From Clostridiales bacterium (GTDB lineage: Bacteria > Bacillota > Clostridia > TANB77 > CAG-508): a DNA stretch of 64,000 nucleotides. The position numbers were made by a program, and so were the translations under genes. Shown piece after piece: positions 52,087 to 62,981 of the stretch. Each line of letters opens with the position of its first letter. The first letter of the stretch is position 1. The stretch spans positions 47,696 to 111,695 of the forward strand of contig DNVW01000013.1 in NCBI GenBank assembly GCA_003507395.1, read 5' to 3'. The notes beneath the pieces were generated by a model. The model saw only the letters and a program-made list of their open reading frames with translations, had not been told where the DNA came from and searched no databases.

Positions 52087-53385
52087 ATGAATATATTAGA
52101 TATAATTGCTAAGAAAAGGGACGGTAAAAAATTGTCTAAAGAAGAAATAGACTTCTTTGTTCAAGGATATACAAATAATTCTATTTCAGATTATCAAGCA
52201 GCAGCACTAATAATGGCAATATATATAAATAAACTAGATGAGGAAGAAACAACAAATTTAACAGTAGCAATGGCATATTCAGGCGATGTATTAGATTTAT
52301 CAGAAATAGGAATTGTTGTAGATAAACATAGTACGGGTGGAGTTGGAGACAAAGTAACTCTTATATTAGCACCAATAATTGCATCATTAGGTGTACCTGT
52401 TGCAAAAATGTCAGGAAGAGGTTTAGGCTTTACAGGAGGAACAATAGATAAATTAGAAGCAATACCAGGCTATGATACAAGCATAGATATAGATACATTT
52501 AAACAAAATGTAAAAAGTATAGGAATTAGTTTAATTGGTCAAACATTGAATTTGGCACCGGCAGATAAAAAAATATATGCTTTAAGAGATACCATAAGTT
52601 GTGTAGAAAATATGTCACTAATAGCATCTAGCATAATGAGTAAAAAAATTGCAGCAGGTGCAAATAAAATAGTGCTAGATGTAACTTGTGGTAGTGGAGC
52701 ATTTATGAAAAATGAACAAGATGCAATTAAATTATCTGAAACAATGAAAAAAATAGGTGAATTAGCAAAAAAAGAAACAGTATGTGTAATAACAAATATG
52801 GATGAACCACTTGGAAAAAATGTTGGAAATACTTTAGAAATTTTAGAAGCGATAAAAGCACTTAAAGGTAATATGGAAAAAGATGTACAAGAAGTTGTAT
52901 TAGAACTTGGAGCACAAATGATAAGACTAGCAGGAAAGGGAGACAGCATAGAAGAAAATAAAAGAAAAATGCTAGAAAACATACAAAATGGTAAAGCACT
53001 AGAGAAATTTAAACAATTAATACAAAAACAAAATGGAGATATTTCATACATAGATAATCCAGAAAAATTTGAAAAAGCAAAATATATAATTCCTGTAATA
53101 TCAGAAAAAAATGGATTTGTAACAAATATGAATGCAGAGCAAATAGGTAGATTATCTGTATTTTTAGGAGCAGGGCGTATAAAAAAAGAAGACAAAATAG
53201 ATAAAACAGTAGGCATAGTATTAGAAAAGAAGGTCGGAAATGAAGTAAAAAAGGGAGACGTTTTGGCATATATACATGCTAATGGCAAAGAAAGGGCAGA
53301 AGAAGCAGTAGAACAATTAAAGGAAATATATGCAATAGGAGAAAAAGAAATAGGCGCTAAAAAAGCAATAATAAAGATAATTTAA
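52087..53385 (+). CDS. pdp: Pyrimidine-nucleoside (thymidine) phosphorylase
   Basis: STGGVGDKVT and MSGRGLGFTGGTIDKLE motifs, 432 aa. Confidence 0.9.
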   Translation: MNILDIIAKKRDGKKLSKEEIDFFVQGYTNNSISDYQAAALIMAIYINKLDEEETTNLTVAMAYSGDVLDLSEIGIVVDKHSTGGVGDKVTLILAPIIASLGVPVAKMSGRGLGFTGGTIDKLEAIPGYDTSIDIDTFKQNVKSIGISLIGQTLNLAPADKKIYALRDTISCVENMSLIASSIMSKKIAAGANKIVLDVTCGSGAFMKNEQDAIKLSETMKKIGELAKKETVCVITNMDEPLGKNVGNTLEILEAIKALKGNMEKDVQEVVLELGAQMIRLAGKGDSIEENKRKMLENIQNGKALEKFKQLIQKQNGDISYIDNPEKFEKAKYIIPVISEKNGFVTNMNAEQIGRLSVFLGAGRIKKEDKIDKTVGIVLEKKVGNEVKKGDVLAYIHANGKERAEEAVEQLKEIYAIGEKEIGAKKAIIKII

Positions 53386-53393
53386 AAAACTCA

Positions 53394-53428
53394 GCTATTG
53401 CTGAGTTTCTTGTTTTATACAACAAGGT
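53394..53428 (+). terminator. Intrinsic terminator (AACTCAGCTATTGCTGAGTTTCTTGTTTT)
   Basis: Hairpin plus T-run after pdp. Confidence 0.6.
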
Positions 53429-53511
53429 TAGGCTACCTAAATTTGCCCGAGCAGAGCGAGTGGCATGTATTTTGCACTTACTTCGAAGACTTACTTAGCA
53501 AAATGCCTTTC

Positions 53512-53775
53512 TTATAAATTAATTCCTATATTACTAGAATTATTAAATTTATTAGACAATTTAGAAAATTCATCTTGAGCTAAAAATCTATTTAAATTTT
53601 TAAAAGAAATTCCTGTATTTGCAGATATACACTCAATAGAATCTGGTGTAGAATTAATTTCTAAATAACTTTTTAATTTGGTAATTTCATTAAAATCTTT
53701 TGGTTTACAATTAGGGCAGACATCTCCTTCTGTAGCATAAAAGCAACCACAACGACAACATTTATTTAAATTCAT
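53512..53775 (-). CDS. Small zinc-ribbon protein (YvyF/TIGR03826-like)
   Basis: N-terminal CCRCG...CPNC four-Cys ribbon, 87 aa, SD AAGGAG. Confidence 0.45.
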   Translation of the reverse strand: MNLNKCCRCGCFYATEGDVCPNCKPKDFNEITKLKSYLEINSTPDSIECISANTGISFKNLNRFLAQDEFSKLSNKFNNSSNIGINL

Positions 53776-53870
53776 AATAGTTTTACTCCTTCTAAAATAA
53801 TATAAATTATTTTATCATAAAATGTCAAAAATATAAATAGAAAATAAAAAATAGTGTAATTATTTTAAAA

Positions 53871-53899
53871 TTGACAAATTATGTAAAACGATGTATAAT
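53871..53899 (+). promoter_or_regulatory. Perfect-consensus sigma-A promoter (TTGACA-17-TATAAT) ahead of a roughly 100-nt structured leader for trmFO
   Basis: Seen directly. The leader contains small hairpins CCCTGAGGGG and AGACAGGTTGTCT. Confidence 0.5.
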
Positions 53900-54006
53900 A
53901 ATAAATGTCAAATACAATGTGTGTAAGACATATTACAATTCCCTGAGGGGTGACATTGAGACAGGTTGTCTTAATGTATAAATAAGTATAAAAAAGAGGA
54001 AAAACT

Positions 54007-55380
54007 ATGGAGAAAAATATAACAATAATTGGAGGAGGGTTAGCAGGCTCAGAGGCTGCATACCAAATTGCCAAAAGAGGAATAAAAGTAAAATTATATG
54101 AAATGAAACCTAGTAAATTTTCACCTGCACACAGTAACTGCAATTTAGCAGAAATTGTGTGTAGCAATTCTTTTAAATCTAATTTAATTACAAATGCATC
54201 TGGATTACTAAAAGAGGAATTAAGGCAATTAGACTCTCTACTTATAAAAATTGCAGATGAGGTACAAGTTCCTGCAGGTCAAGCATTAGCAGTAGACAGA
54301 GAAAAGTTTGCTGAAGAAGTAACTAAAAGATTAGAACAGTTTGCAAACATAGAAGTAATAAGGCAGGAAGTTGGAAAAGAAATATCTGTTAAGCAATTAG
54401 CTGAAAATGGAATTGTAATTATTGCAACAGGTCCACTTACTTCAGAAAGTTTATCCAAAGAAATACAAGAACTTACAGGAGAAGATAAATTGTATTTTTA
54501 TGATGCAGCAGCACCGATAGTAGAAAAAATTTCCATAAATATGAATATAGGTTTTTATGGAGATAGATATAAGCAAGAACGAGGAAAAGAAGAGTCTATT
54601 GACGAATGGAGAACAAGATTAGAAAAAGAGAATGAGAACAGTTATATTAATTTGCCAATGAATAAAGAGGAATACGAAAAATTTTATGGTGAGCTTATTA
54701 ATGCAGAAGTAGTAGAACTTCATAATTTTGAAAAAAAAGAAATATTTGAAGGGTGTATGCCTGTAGAAGTAATGGCGAAAAGAGGAATAGACACATTAAG
54801 ATTTGGACCATTAAAGCCAGTAGGATTCACAGATTTAAGAACAGGAAAAAGGCCATATGCAATAGTACAGTTAAGACAAGACAATACAGAAGGAAATTTA
54901 TTTAATATAGTAGGTTTCCAAACAAATTTGAAATTTGGGGAACAAAAAAGAGTATTTAGTTTAATACCAGGATTAGAAAATGCAGAGTTTATTAAATATG
55001 GCGTTATGCATAGAAATACATTTATAAATTCACCAGAACTTTTAGATAATACATATAATTTAAAGAAAAATTCTAATATATATTTTGCAGGGCAAATAAC
55101 AGGTGTAGAGGGGTATGTAGAATCAATAGCTTCAGGACTTGTAGCTGGGATAAATGCATGCCTAAATTTAAAAGGCAATAAAATAAAATGCAAGGCAGTA
55201 TTTCCAAATGAAACAGTAATTGGGGCACTAGCAAATTATATATCTACACCAAATAAAAACTTTCAACCAATGAATGCAAACTTTGGAATTTTGCCAGAAT
55301 TGGACGAAAAAATAAAAGATAAAAAATTAAGATACGAAAAAATGGCAGAAAGAGCCTTAAAATCTTTAAAAACCACTTGA
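54007..55380 (+). CDS. trmFO: Methylenetetrahydrofolate--tRNA-(uracil54-C5)-methyltransferase TrmFO
   Basis: N-terminal FAD-binding [12 protein letters not shown], 457 aa. Confidence 0.88.
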   Translation: MEKNITIIGGGLAGSEAAYQIAKRGIKVKLYEMKPSKFSPAHSNCNLAEIVCSNSFKSNLITNASGLLKEELRQLDSLLIKIADEVQVPAGQALAVDREKFAEEVTKRLEQFANIEVIRQEVGKEISVKQLAENGIVIIATGPLTSESLSKEIQELTGEDKLYFYDAAAPIVEKISINMNIGFYGDRYKQERGKEESIDEWRTRLEKENENSYINLPMNKEEYEKFYGELINAEVVELHNFEKKEIFEGCMPVEVMAKRGIDTLRFGPLKPVGFTDLRTGKRPYAIVQLRQDNTEGNLFNIVGFQTNLKFGEQKRVFSLIPGLENAEFIKYGVMHRNTFINSPELLDNTYNLKKNSNIYFAGQITGVEGYVESIASGLVAGINACLNLKGNKIKCKAVFPNETVIGALANYISTPNKNFQPMNANFGILPELDEKIKDKKLRYEKMAERALKSLKTT

Positions 55381-55522
55381 AATCTGTAATAAAGTCTGAT
55401 ATAATATTGCCTGTTAAAACACACATATAGTTAGTTTAAGAAAAGTGCTTGTTTTATAAAAACAAGTCTTCTTAAATGTTAGAAGCTATGTGGAGGTAAA
55501 AAACTAAAAGGAGGAATTTAAA

Positions 55523-56296
55523 ATGGCAGTAGTTGCAATGAAACAATTACTAGAAGCAGGTGTTCATTTCGGACATCAAACAAGAAGATGGGATCCAAAA
55601 ATGGCTGAATATATTTTTCAAGCTAGAAATGGAATTCACATTATCGATTTACAAAAAACATCTAAAAAATTAGATGAAGCTTACAGCTTTTTAAAAGAAC
55701 AAGCTGAAGCAGGAAAAACGGTTCTATTTGTAGGAACTAAAAAACAAGCACAAGATTGTATGAAGGAAGCAGCAGAAAAATGTGGTATGTACTATGTTAA
55801 CCAAAGATGGTTAGGTGGAACATTAACAAACTTCGCAACAATTAGAAAAAGAATTGACAGATTAGAACAATTAGAAACAATGCAAGAAGATGGAACATTT
55901 GATGTATTACCTAAAAAAGAAGTTATACTTCTAAAAAAAGAAATGGAAAAACTAGAAAAAAACCTTGGAGGAATTAAAGAAATGAAAGAACTTCCAGGAG
56001 TTATGTTTATAGTAGATCCTAAAAAAGAAAGAATTGGAATATTAGAAGCAAAAAAACTAGGCATTCCAGTTATTGGATTAATAGATACAAACTGTAATCC
56101 AGAAGAAGTAGATTATGCTATTCCAGGAAATGATGATGCAATAAGAGCAGTTAAATTAATAGCAGATTGTATGGCAAATGCAGTTATAGAAGGAAGACAA
56201 GGCGAATCTATGGTTACTGATGTACAAGAAGAACAAGTAGCAGAAGAAGAACCACAAAGCATGGAAGAAGTTGTAGAAGCAGTTGAAGAAAACTAA
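55523..56296 (+). CDS. rpsB: 30S ribosomal protein S2
   Basis: [27 protein letters not shown]. An 8-bp palindrome CTTGTTTT-ata-AAAACAAG (55448-55466) lies in the leader. Confidence 0.95.
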   Translation: MAVVAMKQLLEAGVHFGHQTRRWDPKMAEYIFQARNGIHIIDLQKTSKKLDEAYSFLKEQAEAGKTVLFVGTKKQAQDCMKEAAEKCGMYYVNQRWLGGTLTNFATIRKRIDRLEQLETMQEDGTFDVLPKKEVILLKKEMEKLEKNLGGIKEMKELPGVMFIVDPKKERIGILEAKKLGIPVIGLIDTNCNPEEVDYAIPGNDDAIRAVKLIADCMANAVIEGRQGESMVTDVQEEQVAEEEPQSMEEVVEAVEEN

Positions 56297-56333
56297 TTAA
56301 ATAAATCTAAAAAACGAAGGGAGATAGACGACT

Positions 56334-57215
56334 ATGATAACAGCAAACCAAGTTAAAGAATTAAGAGAAAAAACTGGTGCAGGAATGATGGACTGTAAAA
56401 AAGTTTTAGCAGAGACTAATGGAGACGAAGAAAAGGCAATAGAACTTTTAAGAGAAAGAGGAATTGCTAAAGCTGCTAAAAAATCAGACAGAATTGCAGC
56501 AGAAGGCTTAGTTACTACTTATGTTTCAGAAGATAAAAAAATAGGAGCAGTAGTAGAAGTAAATGCAGAAACAGACTTCGTGGCAAAAAACGAAGAATTC
56601 AGAAGTTTTGTAGCAGATGTAGCAAAACAAATAGTTGAAAAAAATCCAGCAACTGTAGAAGAATTATTAGAACAACCTTCTATAGCAGAAGCAGGAAAAA
56701 CAGTTGGCGAAGTATTAACTGGAAAGATTGCAACAATTGGTGAAAATATGTTTATTAGAAGATTTGAAAGATTTGAAACTAATGGATTAATAGAAAGCTA
56801 CATTCATGGAGATGGAAAAATAGGAGTTTTAGTAGAAGTAGAAGGTGGAAATAGCCAATTTGCAAAAGATATATGTATGCAAATTGCAGCTGCAAGACCA
56901 GAATACTTAGATAGAAATTCAGTTCCAGCAGATAGATTACAAAAAGAAATGGAAATACTAAAAGCACAAGCTATGAATGAAGGAAAACCAGCAGAAATAG
57001 CAGAAAAAATGGTTCAAGGTAGAATTGGAAAATTCTATGGAGAGATATGCTTAGTAGAGCAAGTTTTTGTAAAAAATCCAGATATAAAAATATCTAAATT
57101 AGCAGAAGAAAATAATGCTAAAATCTTAAGATTTGCAAGATTTGAAAAAGGCGAAGGATTACAAAAAAGAGAAGAAAACTTTGCAGAAGAAGTAGCAAAA
57201 CAAATTAAAAATTAG
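56334..57215 (+). CDS. tsf: Elongation factor Ts
   Basis: ITANQVKELREKTGAGMMDCKKVL, 293 aa. Confidence 0.95.
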   Translation: MITANQVKELREKTGAGMMDCKKVLAETNGDEEKAIELLRERGIAKAAKKSDRIAAEGLVTTYVSEDKKIGAVVEVNAETDFVAKNEEFRSFVADVAKQIVEKNPATVEELLEQPSIAEAGKTVGEVLTGKIATIGENMFIRRFERFETNGLIESYIHGDGKIGVLVEVEGGNSQFAKDICMQIAAARPEYLDRNSVPADRLQKEMEILKAQAMNEGKPAEIAEKMVQGRIGKFYGEICLVEQVFVKNPDIKISKLAEENNAKILRFARFEKGEGLQKREENFAEEVAKQIKN

Positions 57216-57221
57216 TTAAAA

Positions 57222-57252
57222 TAAAAATGCCTCTTTAGAGGCATTTTTTGTG
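57222..57252 (+). terminator. Intrinsic terminator (AAAAATGCCTCTTTAGAGGCATTTTTTG)
   Basis: Hairpin plus T-run immediately after tsf. Confidence 0.7.
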
Positions 57253-57335
57253 TTATTTTAATCTTTTCCTTGTAATTCTATCAATACCTTTGATATAATT
57301 GAACTGTAAAAATATGAATAAAAGGGAGTGGTTAT

Positions 57336-58073
57336 ATGCTAGTAAAAATTATTACATTTAATGTTGCCCATGGCAGAGGAATGGACAATATAATAGACAT
57401 AGAGAGACAGGCAAATTTAATAAAAGAATACAAACCAGATATAATATTTTTGCAAGAAGTTGATATGTACACCAAAAGGGTAGGAGAGGTAAATCAAATT
57501 AGAGAATTTGCAAAAAAAGTAGGAATGTATTATTGCTCTATGGAAAGCAATATAACCTTAGAAGATGGATATTACGGAGATGGAATAATAAGCAGATTTT
57601 TAATATCATTTTCAGCTAATTATTTAATGCCATTAACAGATACAAAACATGAGCAAAGAGGAATATTATATAACAGAATATCACTAGGGACTACTAAACT
57701 AAACCTATTTTCTGTACACTTATCAACATATGAGGATGAAAGAATATTAGCAGCTAAAGAATTGTGTAGAATAATTAGCAAAATAGATTCAAATGAAGTA
57801 ATTATAGTAGGTGGAGACTTTAATGTTGGGGTAACAAGACTAGGAAAAGGAAGATATATATTTGAAGAAAAAGAAAGGTATGAAGAGTATGAAATATTGC
57901 AGAAAAAGTTAAAAAAGATAGATAACAAAGAAGATACATGGTTTTCAGAACTTGGAAAAGGTTGTATAGATACAATTTTTTATTCTGAAAATATAGAACT
58001 AATAAAATATGAAACAATAGATGCAAATGGTACATCAGACCATAATGCAATATATACAGAGTTTAATATATAA
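57336..58073 (+). CDS. Endonuclease/exonuclease/phosphatase (EEP) family protein
   Basis: IITFNVAHG...IIFLQEV N-terminus and ...SDHNAIY C-terminus. Preceded by an extended -10 (TGATATAAT). Confidence 0.6.
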   Translation: MLVKIITFNVAHGRGMDNIIDIERQANLIKEYKPDIIFLQEVDMYTKRVGEVNQIREFAKKVGMYYCSMESNITLEDGYYGDGIISRFLISFSANYLMPLTDTKHEQRGILYNRISLGTTKLNLFSVHLSTYEDERILAAKELCRIISKIDSNEVIIVGGDFNVGVTRLGKGRYIFEEKERYEEYEILQKKLKKIDNKEDTWFSELGKGCIDTIFYSENIELIKYETIDANGTSDHNAIYTEFNI

Positions 58074-58087
58074 TTTGGAGGACATTT

Positions 58088-59761
58088 ATGAATAAAAAAA
58101 GAGTATTTAATATTATTGCAATTGTATCAATAGTTATTTTTGCATTTTCGATTACACCAATAACATTACAAAATGACACATATTATACTGTAGCGATAGG
58201 AAAACATATACTAGAAAATGGAATTGATATGAAAGACCCATTTTCTTGGCATGAAAATTTGCCATATACGTATCCTCATTGGGCTTATGATACAGCCACT
58301 TATTTAGTATATAATCTGGGAGAAAATGTTGGAATAGGTGGATTTACAGCTATATATATAGCTACAGTCATGCTAAGTATGGTACTAGGCCTTGTGGTCT
58401 ACTTAGTAAATTCAAAACTATCTAAAAATAATGTTATATCTTTTATTGTTACATTAGGCGTATTATATTTATTAAAAGATTATATTGCTGCTAGAGCACA
58501 ATTAGTTACATTTATTTTATTTGCATTAACAATATTATTTATTGAAGATTATATAGAAACGAACAAAAAAATTTATTTATTTGGGTTATTAGCAATTTCT
58601 ATTTTAATGGTAAATATACATGTTGCAGTTTGGCCATTTTATTTCGTACTATTTTTACCATATATTGCAGAAGCCATTATTTGCTGGATAAGTGATAATG
58701 ATATATATAATAGAATTCAAGTGTGGACATACAAAAATAAAATAAAAAGATTAAATAGAAAAGGAAAAAAAGAACAGGCAGAAAAAGTTGCAGAGGAATT
58801 AAAACATATACAAGAAAATCATTTAGTGGTATTGGAAGGGCAGAAAAAAAGAAGGAACAATCCATACAAAGTAAAAATAACAAAAGAAATACCTATAAAA
58901 GGTTTAATAATTATAATGATTATATCTATTTTTACAGGACTTTTAACACCACTTGGAACAACACCATATACCTATTTAATAAAGACTATGAAAGGAAATA
59001 CTACACATAATATTAGTGAGCATTTACCATTAACATTAGTAAATAATATACCAATTATGACTTTATTAATAATGTTTATAATAATATTAATGTTTACAGA
59101 TACAAAAATAAAATTAAGAGATTTATTTATGCTTTCAGGATTAACTTTACTAGCATTTATGACTAGAAGGCAAACTTCTTTATTGGCACTTATAGGTTCT
59201 TTTATATTTTCAAAATTAGTAGCAAGTTTATTTGAAAAATATGCACCAGAGGCAAAAGAAAAGTTTATAAATATTATATGCACATTGCTAGGAAAAGTAA
59301 TTATTTTATTATCAATAATTATAATGAGTTTACATATGTATAGTGGCAAAATAGGAGACAAAATTGTAAGTAGGACTAAATATCCAGTAGAAGCAGCAGA
59401 CTGGATGTTACAAAATCTTGATGTAAAAAATATAAAACTTTTTAACGAATATAATTATGGAAGTTATTTGCTATATAAAGGAATTCCTGTATTTATAGAT
59501 TCAAGAGCTGATTTATATGCACCAGAGTTTAATGGAAGTATGCAAGAAGATGGAAAATTTGAAGGAAGAGATATATTTACAGATTTTATAGAAACATCAG
59601 GATTAAATAAACATTATGAAGATACCTTTGAAAAATACGGAGTAACACATGTTATTTTGAAAAAAACATCAAAGCTTTATAAATATATTTCTAGAGATGA
59701 TAGTTATTTAGAAATATATTCAGATAAAAGTTTTGTAATATATGAAAGATGTAAAATTTAA
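58088..59761 (+). CDS. Polytopic membrane protein, possibly a GT-C-type glycosyltransferase (about 12 TM segments plus a C-terminal soluble domain)
   Basis: Topology only: hydrophobic segments throughout the first ~400 residues, then a soluble ~150-aa tail. Family not confidently recognised. Confidence 0.35.
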   Translation: MNKKRVFNIIAIVSIVIFAFSITPITLQNDTYYTVAIGKHILENGIDMKDPFSWHENLPYTYPHWAYDTATYLVYNLGENVGIGGFTAIYIATVMLSMVLGLVVYLVNSKLSKNNVISFIVTLGVLYLLKDYIAARAQLVTFILFALTILFIEDYIETNKKIYLFGLLAISILMVNIHVAVWPFYFVLFLPYIAEAIICWISDNDIYNRIQVWTYKNKIKRLNRKGKKEQAEKVAEELKHIQENHLVVLEGQKKRRNNPYKVKITKEIPIKGLIIIMIISIFTGLLTPLGTTPYTYLIKTMKGNTTHNISEHLPLTLVNNIPIMTLLIMFIIILMFTDTKIKLRDLFMLSGLTLLAFMTRRQTSLLALIGSFIFSKLVASLFEKYAPEAKEKFINIICTLLGKVIILLSIIIMSLHMYSGKIGDKIVSRTKYPVEAADWMLQNLDVKNIKLFNEYNYGSYLLYKGIPVFIDSRADLYAPEFNGSMQEDGKFEGRDIFTDFIETSGLNKHYEDTFEKYGVTHVILKKTSKLYKYISRDDSYLEIYSDKSFVIYERCKI

Positions 59762-59782
59762 ATGAAGGAATGATTAAAATAA

Positions 59783-60286
59783 ATGAAAAAGAAAAATATT
59801 TTACTAATATTACTTATAGTATTTTTAATAATATTAGATCAAGCAACAAAAATAATAGTTATAAATACTATTAAAGGGGAATCAGTAAATATAATAAATA
59901 ATTTTCTAAACTTCACATATGTGGAGAACAGTGGTGTTGCATTTGGAATTAATTCTAATGGTAGAGTTACAAATATTATAATAAATATAATTGTAATGGC
60001 TGTTGTCATAAGATTTATGCTAAATCAAAAAGAAATGATGAACAAATTTACAAGCATATCATTATCATTAATTTTAGCAGGTGGATTTGGAAATTTAATA
60101 GACAGAATTTTTAGAGGAACAGTAATAGATTTTATAGATATATCACCAATATTTAATTTTCCAACATTTAATATAGCAGACATATTAGTCGTAGTAGGTT
60201 GGATAAGCTTTGCTTTAAGTATGGCAATATACACTACAAAAGAATTTAAGAATTTAAAAGGACATAAAGGAATGAAAAATAGATGA
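59783..60286 (+). CDS. lspA: Lipoprotein signal peptidase II
   Basis: FNIAD motif and ATKIIV; 167 aa with four TM segments. Confidence 0.85.
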   Translation: MKKKNILLILLIVFLIILDQATKIIVINTIKGESVNIINNFLNFTYVENSGVAFGINSNGRVTNIIINIIVMAVVIRFMLNQKEMMNKFTSISLSLILAGGFGNLIDRIFRGTVIDFIDISPIFNFPTFNIADILVVVGWISFALSMAIYTTKEFKNLKGHKGMKNR

Positions 60287-61191
60287 AAAAAATTATTGTA
60301 GAGGAAAAAGATGTAGGAAAAAGATTAGATAGTTATATAGCAGAAAATTATAGTGAACTATCTAGAACAATGATAAAAAAGATAATTGAAACTAACAATA
60401 TTTTGGTTAATGAAAAGAAGCAAAAGGTTTCTTATAAAGTTCAGGCAAATGATGAGATTTGTATAAATGTGCCAAAAGCAAAAGAAACTAAGTTAGAAGC
60501 GGAAAATATACCAATAGAAATAATATATGAAGATAATGATATAATAGTAGTAAATAAGCCAAAAGGATTAGTAGTTCACCCAGCTAATGGAAATCCAGAT
60601 GGAACATTAGTAAATGCTATATTGGCAATATGTAAAAACAGCTTATCTGGTATAGGAGGCGAAATTAGACCAGGAATAGTTCATAGACTAGATAAAGACA
60701 CATCTGGAATAATTATAGTTGCTAAAAATGACATAGCTCATATAAATATTAGTAATCAAATAAAAGAAAGAAAAGTTAAAAAAACATATATAGCATTGGT
60801 AAGAGGAAATGTGCCAGAAGAAGAGGCAACAATTAATATGCCAATAGGTAGAAGTACAAGAGATAGAAAAAAGATGGCAGTTAATAAAGATGGAAAACCA
60901 GCTATAACACATTTTAAAGTATTAAAAAGATATGGTAAATATACTTTGTTAGAAGTTAAAATAGAAACAGGAAGAACACATCAAATAAGAGTACATATGG
61001 CAGAAATAGGGTATCCAATTGTTGGAGATGCTGTTTATTCAAATGGGAAAAATGAATTTGGAGTAGAAGGTCAAATGCTACATGCATATAAATTAGAATT
61101 TGAACATCCAACAACTAAAAAACATATGGAACTAATAGCTCCACTGCCACAGTATTTTAAGGAAATATTAGAAAAATTATATATAATATAA
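60283..61191 (+). CDS. rluD: 23S rRNA pseudouridine synthase, RluA/RluD family
   Basis: S4-like N-terminus and HRLDKDTSGIIIVAKN. Overlaps the lspA stop by 4 nt. Confidence 0.85.
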   Translation: MKKIIVEEKDVGKRLDSYIAENYSELSRTMIKKIIETNNILVNEKKQKVSYKVQANDEICINVPKAKETKLEAENIPIEIIYEDNDIIVVNKPKGLVVHPANGNPDGTLVNAILAICKNSLSGIGGEIRPGIVHRLDKDTSGIIIVAKNDIAHINISNQIKERKVKKTYIALVRGNVPEEEATINMPIGRSTRDRKKMAVNKDGKPAITHFKVLKRYGKYTLLEVKIETGRTHQIRVHMAEIGYPIVGDAVYSNGKNEFGVEGQMLHAYKLEFEHPTTKKHMELIAPLPQYFKEILEKLYII

Positions 61192-61212
61192 AAAATAATG
61201 AAAGGAAAAATA

Positions 61213-61929
61213 ATGGAACAAATAAGATTACAAAAATTTTTAGCTAATAGTGGAATATGCTCAAGACGAAAAGCAGAAGAATATATATTAGCAGGAAAAG
61301 TAAAAGTAAATGGAAAAATAATAACAGAATTGGGAACAAAAGTAAATCCTGCTAAAGATGAAGTTACTTTTGAAGGAAAAGTAGTAAAAAATGTTGAAGA
61401 TAAAATATATATACTACTAAATAAACCAATAGGATATGTTACAACAGCAAAAGACCAATTTAATAGAGAAACGGTTTTAGATCTAATAAATATAAAAGAA
61501 AAGGTGGTACCAGTTGGAAGATTAGACATGTATACCTCAGGAGCATTAATCTTAAGTAATGATGGAGAATTTATATATAAAGTTACACATCCAAAATATG
61601 AAATAGAAAAGGCTTATAATGTTACTTTGAAAGGAAAAGTAACAGAAGAAGAAATAAAAGCATTAGAAAAAGGAGTTAAAATAGAAGATTATGTTTCTGG
61701 AAAGGCCAAAGTTAAAATATTAAAGATTGATGAGGAAAAAGATGTATCAAGAATAGAAATTATTATACATGAAGGAAAGAATAGAGAGGTCAGAAAAATG
61801 TGTAATGCAATAGGAAAAAAGGTATTAGCATTGCATAGAAGTAGAATAGGAAATTTAAATGTAAAAGACTTGAAAATAGGAGAATGGAAATATTTAAATA
61901 ACAAACAGATTGAAAGCCTAATAAAGTAG
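61213..61929 (+). CDS. rluB: Pseudouridine synthase, RsuA/RluB family
   Basis: S4 domain (RLQKFLANSGICSRRKAEEYI) and GRLDMYTSGALILSNDG. ATG 61213 sits 6 nt after AAAGGA. Confidence 0.8.
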   Translation: MEQIRLQKFLANSGICSRRKAEEYILAGKVKVNGKIITELGTKVNPAKDEVTFEGKVVKNVEDKIYILLNKPIGYVTTAKDQFNRETVLDLINIKEKVVPVGRLDMYTSGALILSNDGEFIYKVTHPKYEIEKAYNVTLKGKVTEEEIKALEKGVKIEDYVSGKAKVKILKIDEEKDVSRIEIIIHEGKNREVRKMCNAIGKKVLALHRSRIGNLNVKDLKIGEWKYLNNKQIESLIK

Positions 61930-61986
61930 ACAAATAAATAAATTTGTGATAGAATTATGCTATCTTAATAAGAGAGGATGGTTAAT

Positions 61987-62925
61987 ATGGTTAGAGATAA
62001 TGAAATAAAAGCCACAGTATCTCCCTTTGCAATAAGACCAGGAGAAATAAAGGTTTTTGATGGCAAAGATGGATATGTTTCCATGAACCAAATTATACAT
62101 AAGATAAATTTAGGACATATAAATGATTTACATTTTAAAATACTAGAATTAGTGAATGAGTTTGAATTTATTACTTCGAGACAAATATACCAAATGTTAG
62201 AGAGAAAAGGAATAGAGCCTGGGTCACAAGATAAACTAAATAACAAATTAGAACAATTAGTAAAATCTAAAATATTAACTAGATATTATTTTGACTCAAA
62301 AGATGGAAAAGGAATATATAGAGTATATTGCTTAGAAAAAATGGGGAAATATTTACTAGATTCAAGAGGAATAGAATGTAAATGGCAACCAACTGATAAT
62401 ACAAAACCAGTAGCCATGATAAAAAAGAGATTGGCAGGTAACCAAGTTATAATAGCATATTTAAATAAAGTAAAAGCTTATGATTCATATACTCCAAAGC
62501 CAGCCTTAAAAGCAAAAGTTTTAGGAAAAGTATTTAAAGCTTCAGGTGGAGGAATAAAATTAACTAAAAATGAAAAATCAATACAATTTTTATTTGAGGT
62601 GATAAGAAGAGAAGAAGACTGGGAAAAGAAATTAATAGAAAAGATGAAATTATATAAAGATTTCTATGAAAATTTCGTCCCAGGGGATTCTGGTTTTGCG
62701 TCTATACCACAATTAATAATAGTATGTGAGGATGAAAAACATATAGCGGAAGTATTTAAACAAATAGTTATGAACCAATTAGAAATAGAAAAAATAAATC
62801 TATATTTTACAACAGACTTAAAACAAAATTCAGATACTTTAGAAAATACATTAGTAACAATTAAATTGGATGAAAATACTAATAAATATCAAATGAATAC
62901 AGCAGAAATTAAACTATTAAGTTAA
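61987..62925 (+). CDS. Replication-relaxation (Replic_Relax-like) family protein
   Basis: Length of about 313 aa and the ...GIYRVYCLEKMGKYLL... wHTH-like block resemble plasmid/ICE replication-relaxation proteins. The assignment is tentative. Confidence 0.35.
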   Translation: MVRDNEIKATVSPFAIRPGEIKVFDGKDGYVSMNQIIHKINLGHINDLHFKILELVNEFEFITSRQIYQMLERKGIEPGSQDKLNNKLEQLVKSKILTRYYFDSKDGKGIYRVYCLEKMGKYLLDSRGIECKWQPTDNTKPVAMIKKRLAGNQVIIAYLNKVKAYDSYTPKPALKAKVLGKVFKASGGGIKLTKNEKSIQFLFEVIRREEDWEKKLIEKMKLYKDFYENFVPGDSGFASIPQLIIVCEDEKHIAEVFKQIVMNQLEIEKINLYFTTDLKQNSDTLENTLVTIKLDENTNKYQMNTAEIKLLS

Positions 62926-62981
62926 TAATTGAAAATAAATTTTTCAATTTATATATTTTTTAGAAAGGAACGTGAAAACAT

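Noticed and set aside
53430-53511. Relatively GC-rich segment (GGCTACCTAAATTTGCCCGAGCAGAGCGAGTGGCATG...) between pdp and the zinc-ribbon gene, considered as a small ncRNA or tRNA fragment
   Set aside because: It has no tRNA-like acceptor/T-arm pairing and no promoter. It fits better as the 3' UTR and terminator region of the convergent minus-strand gene, so it is kept unannotated.
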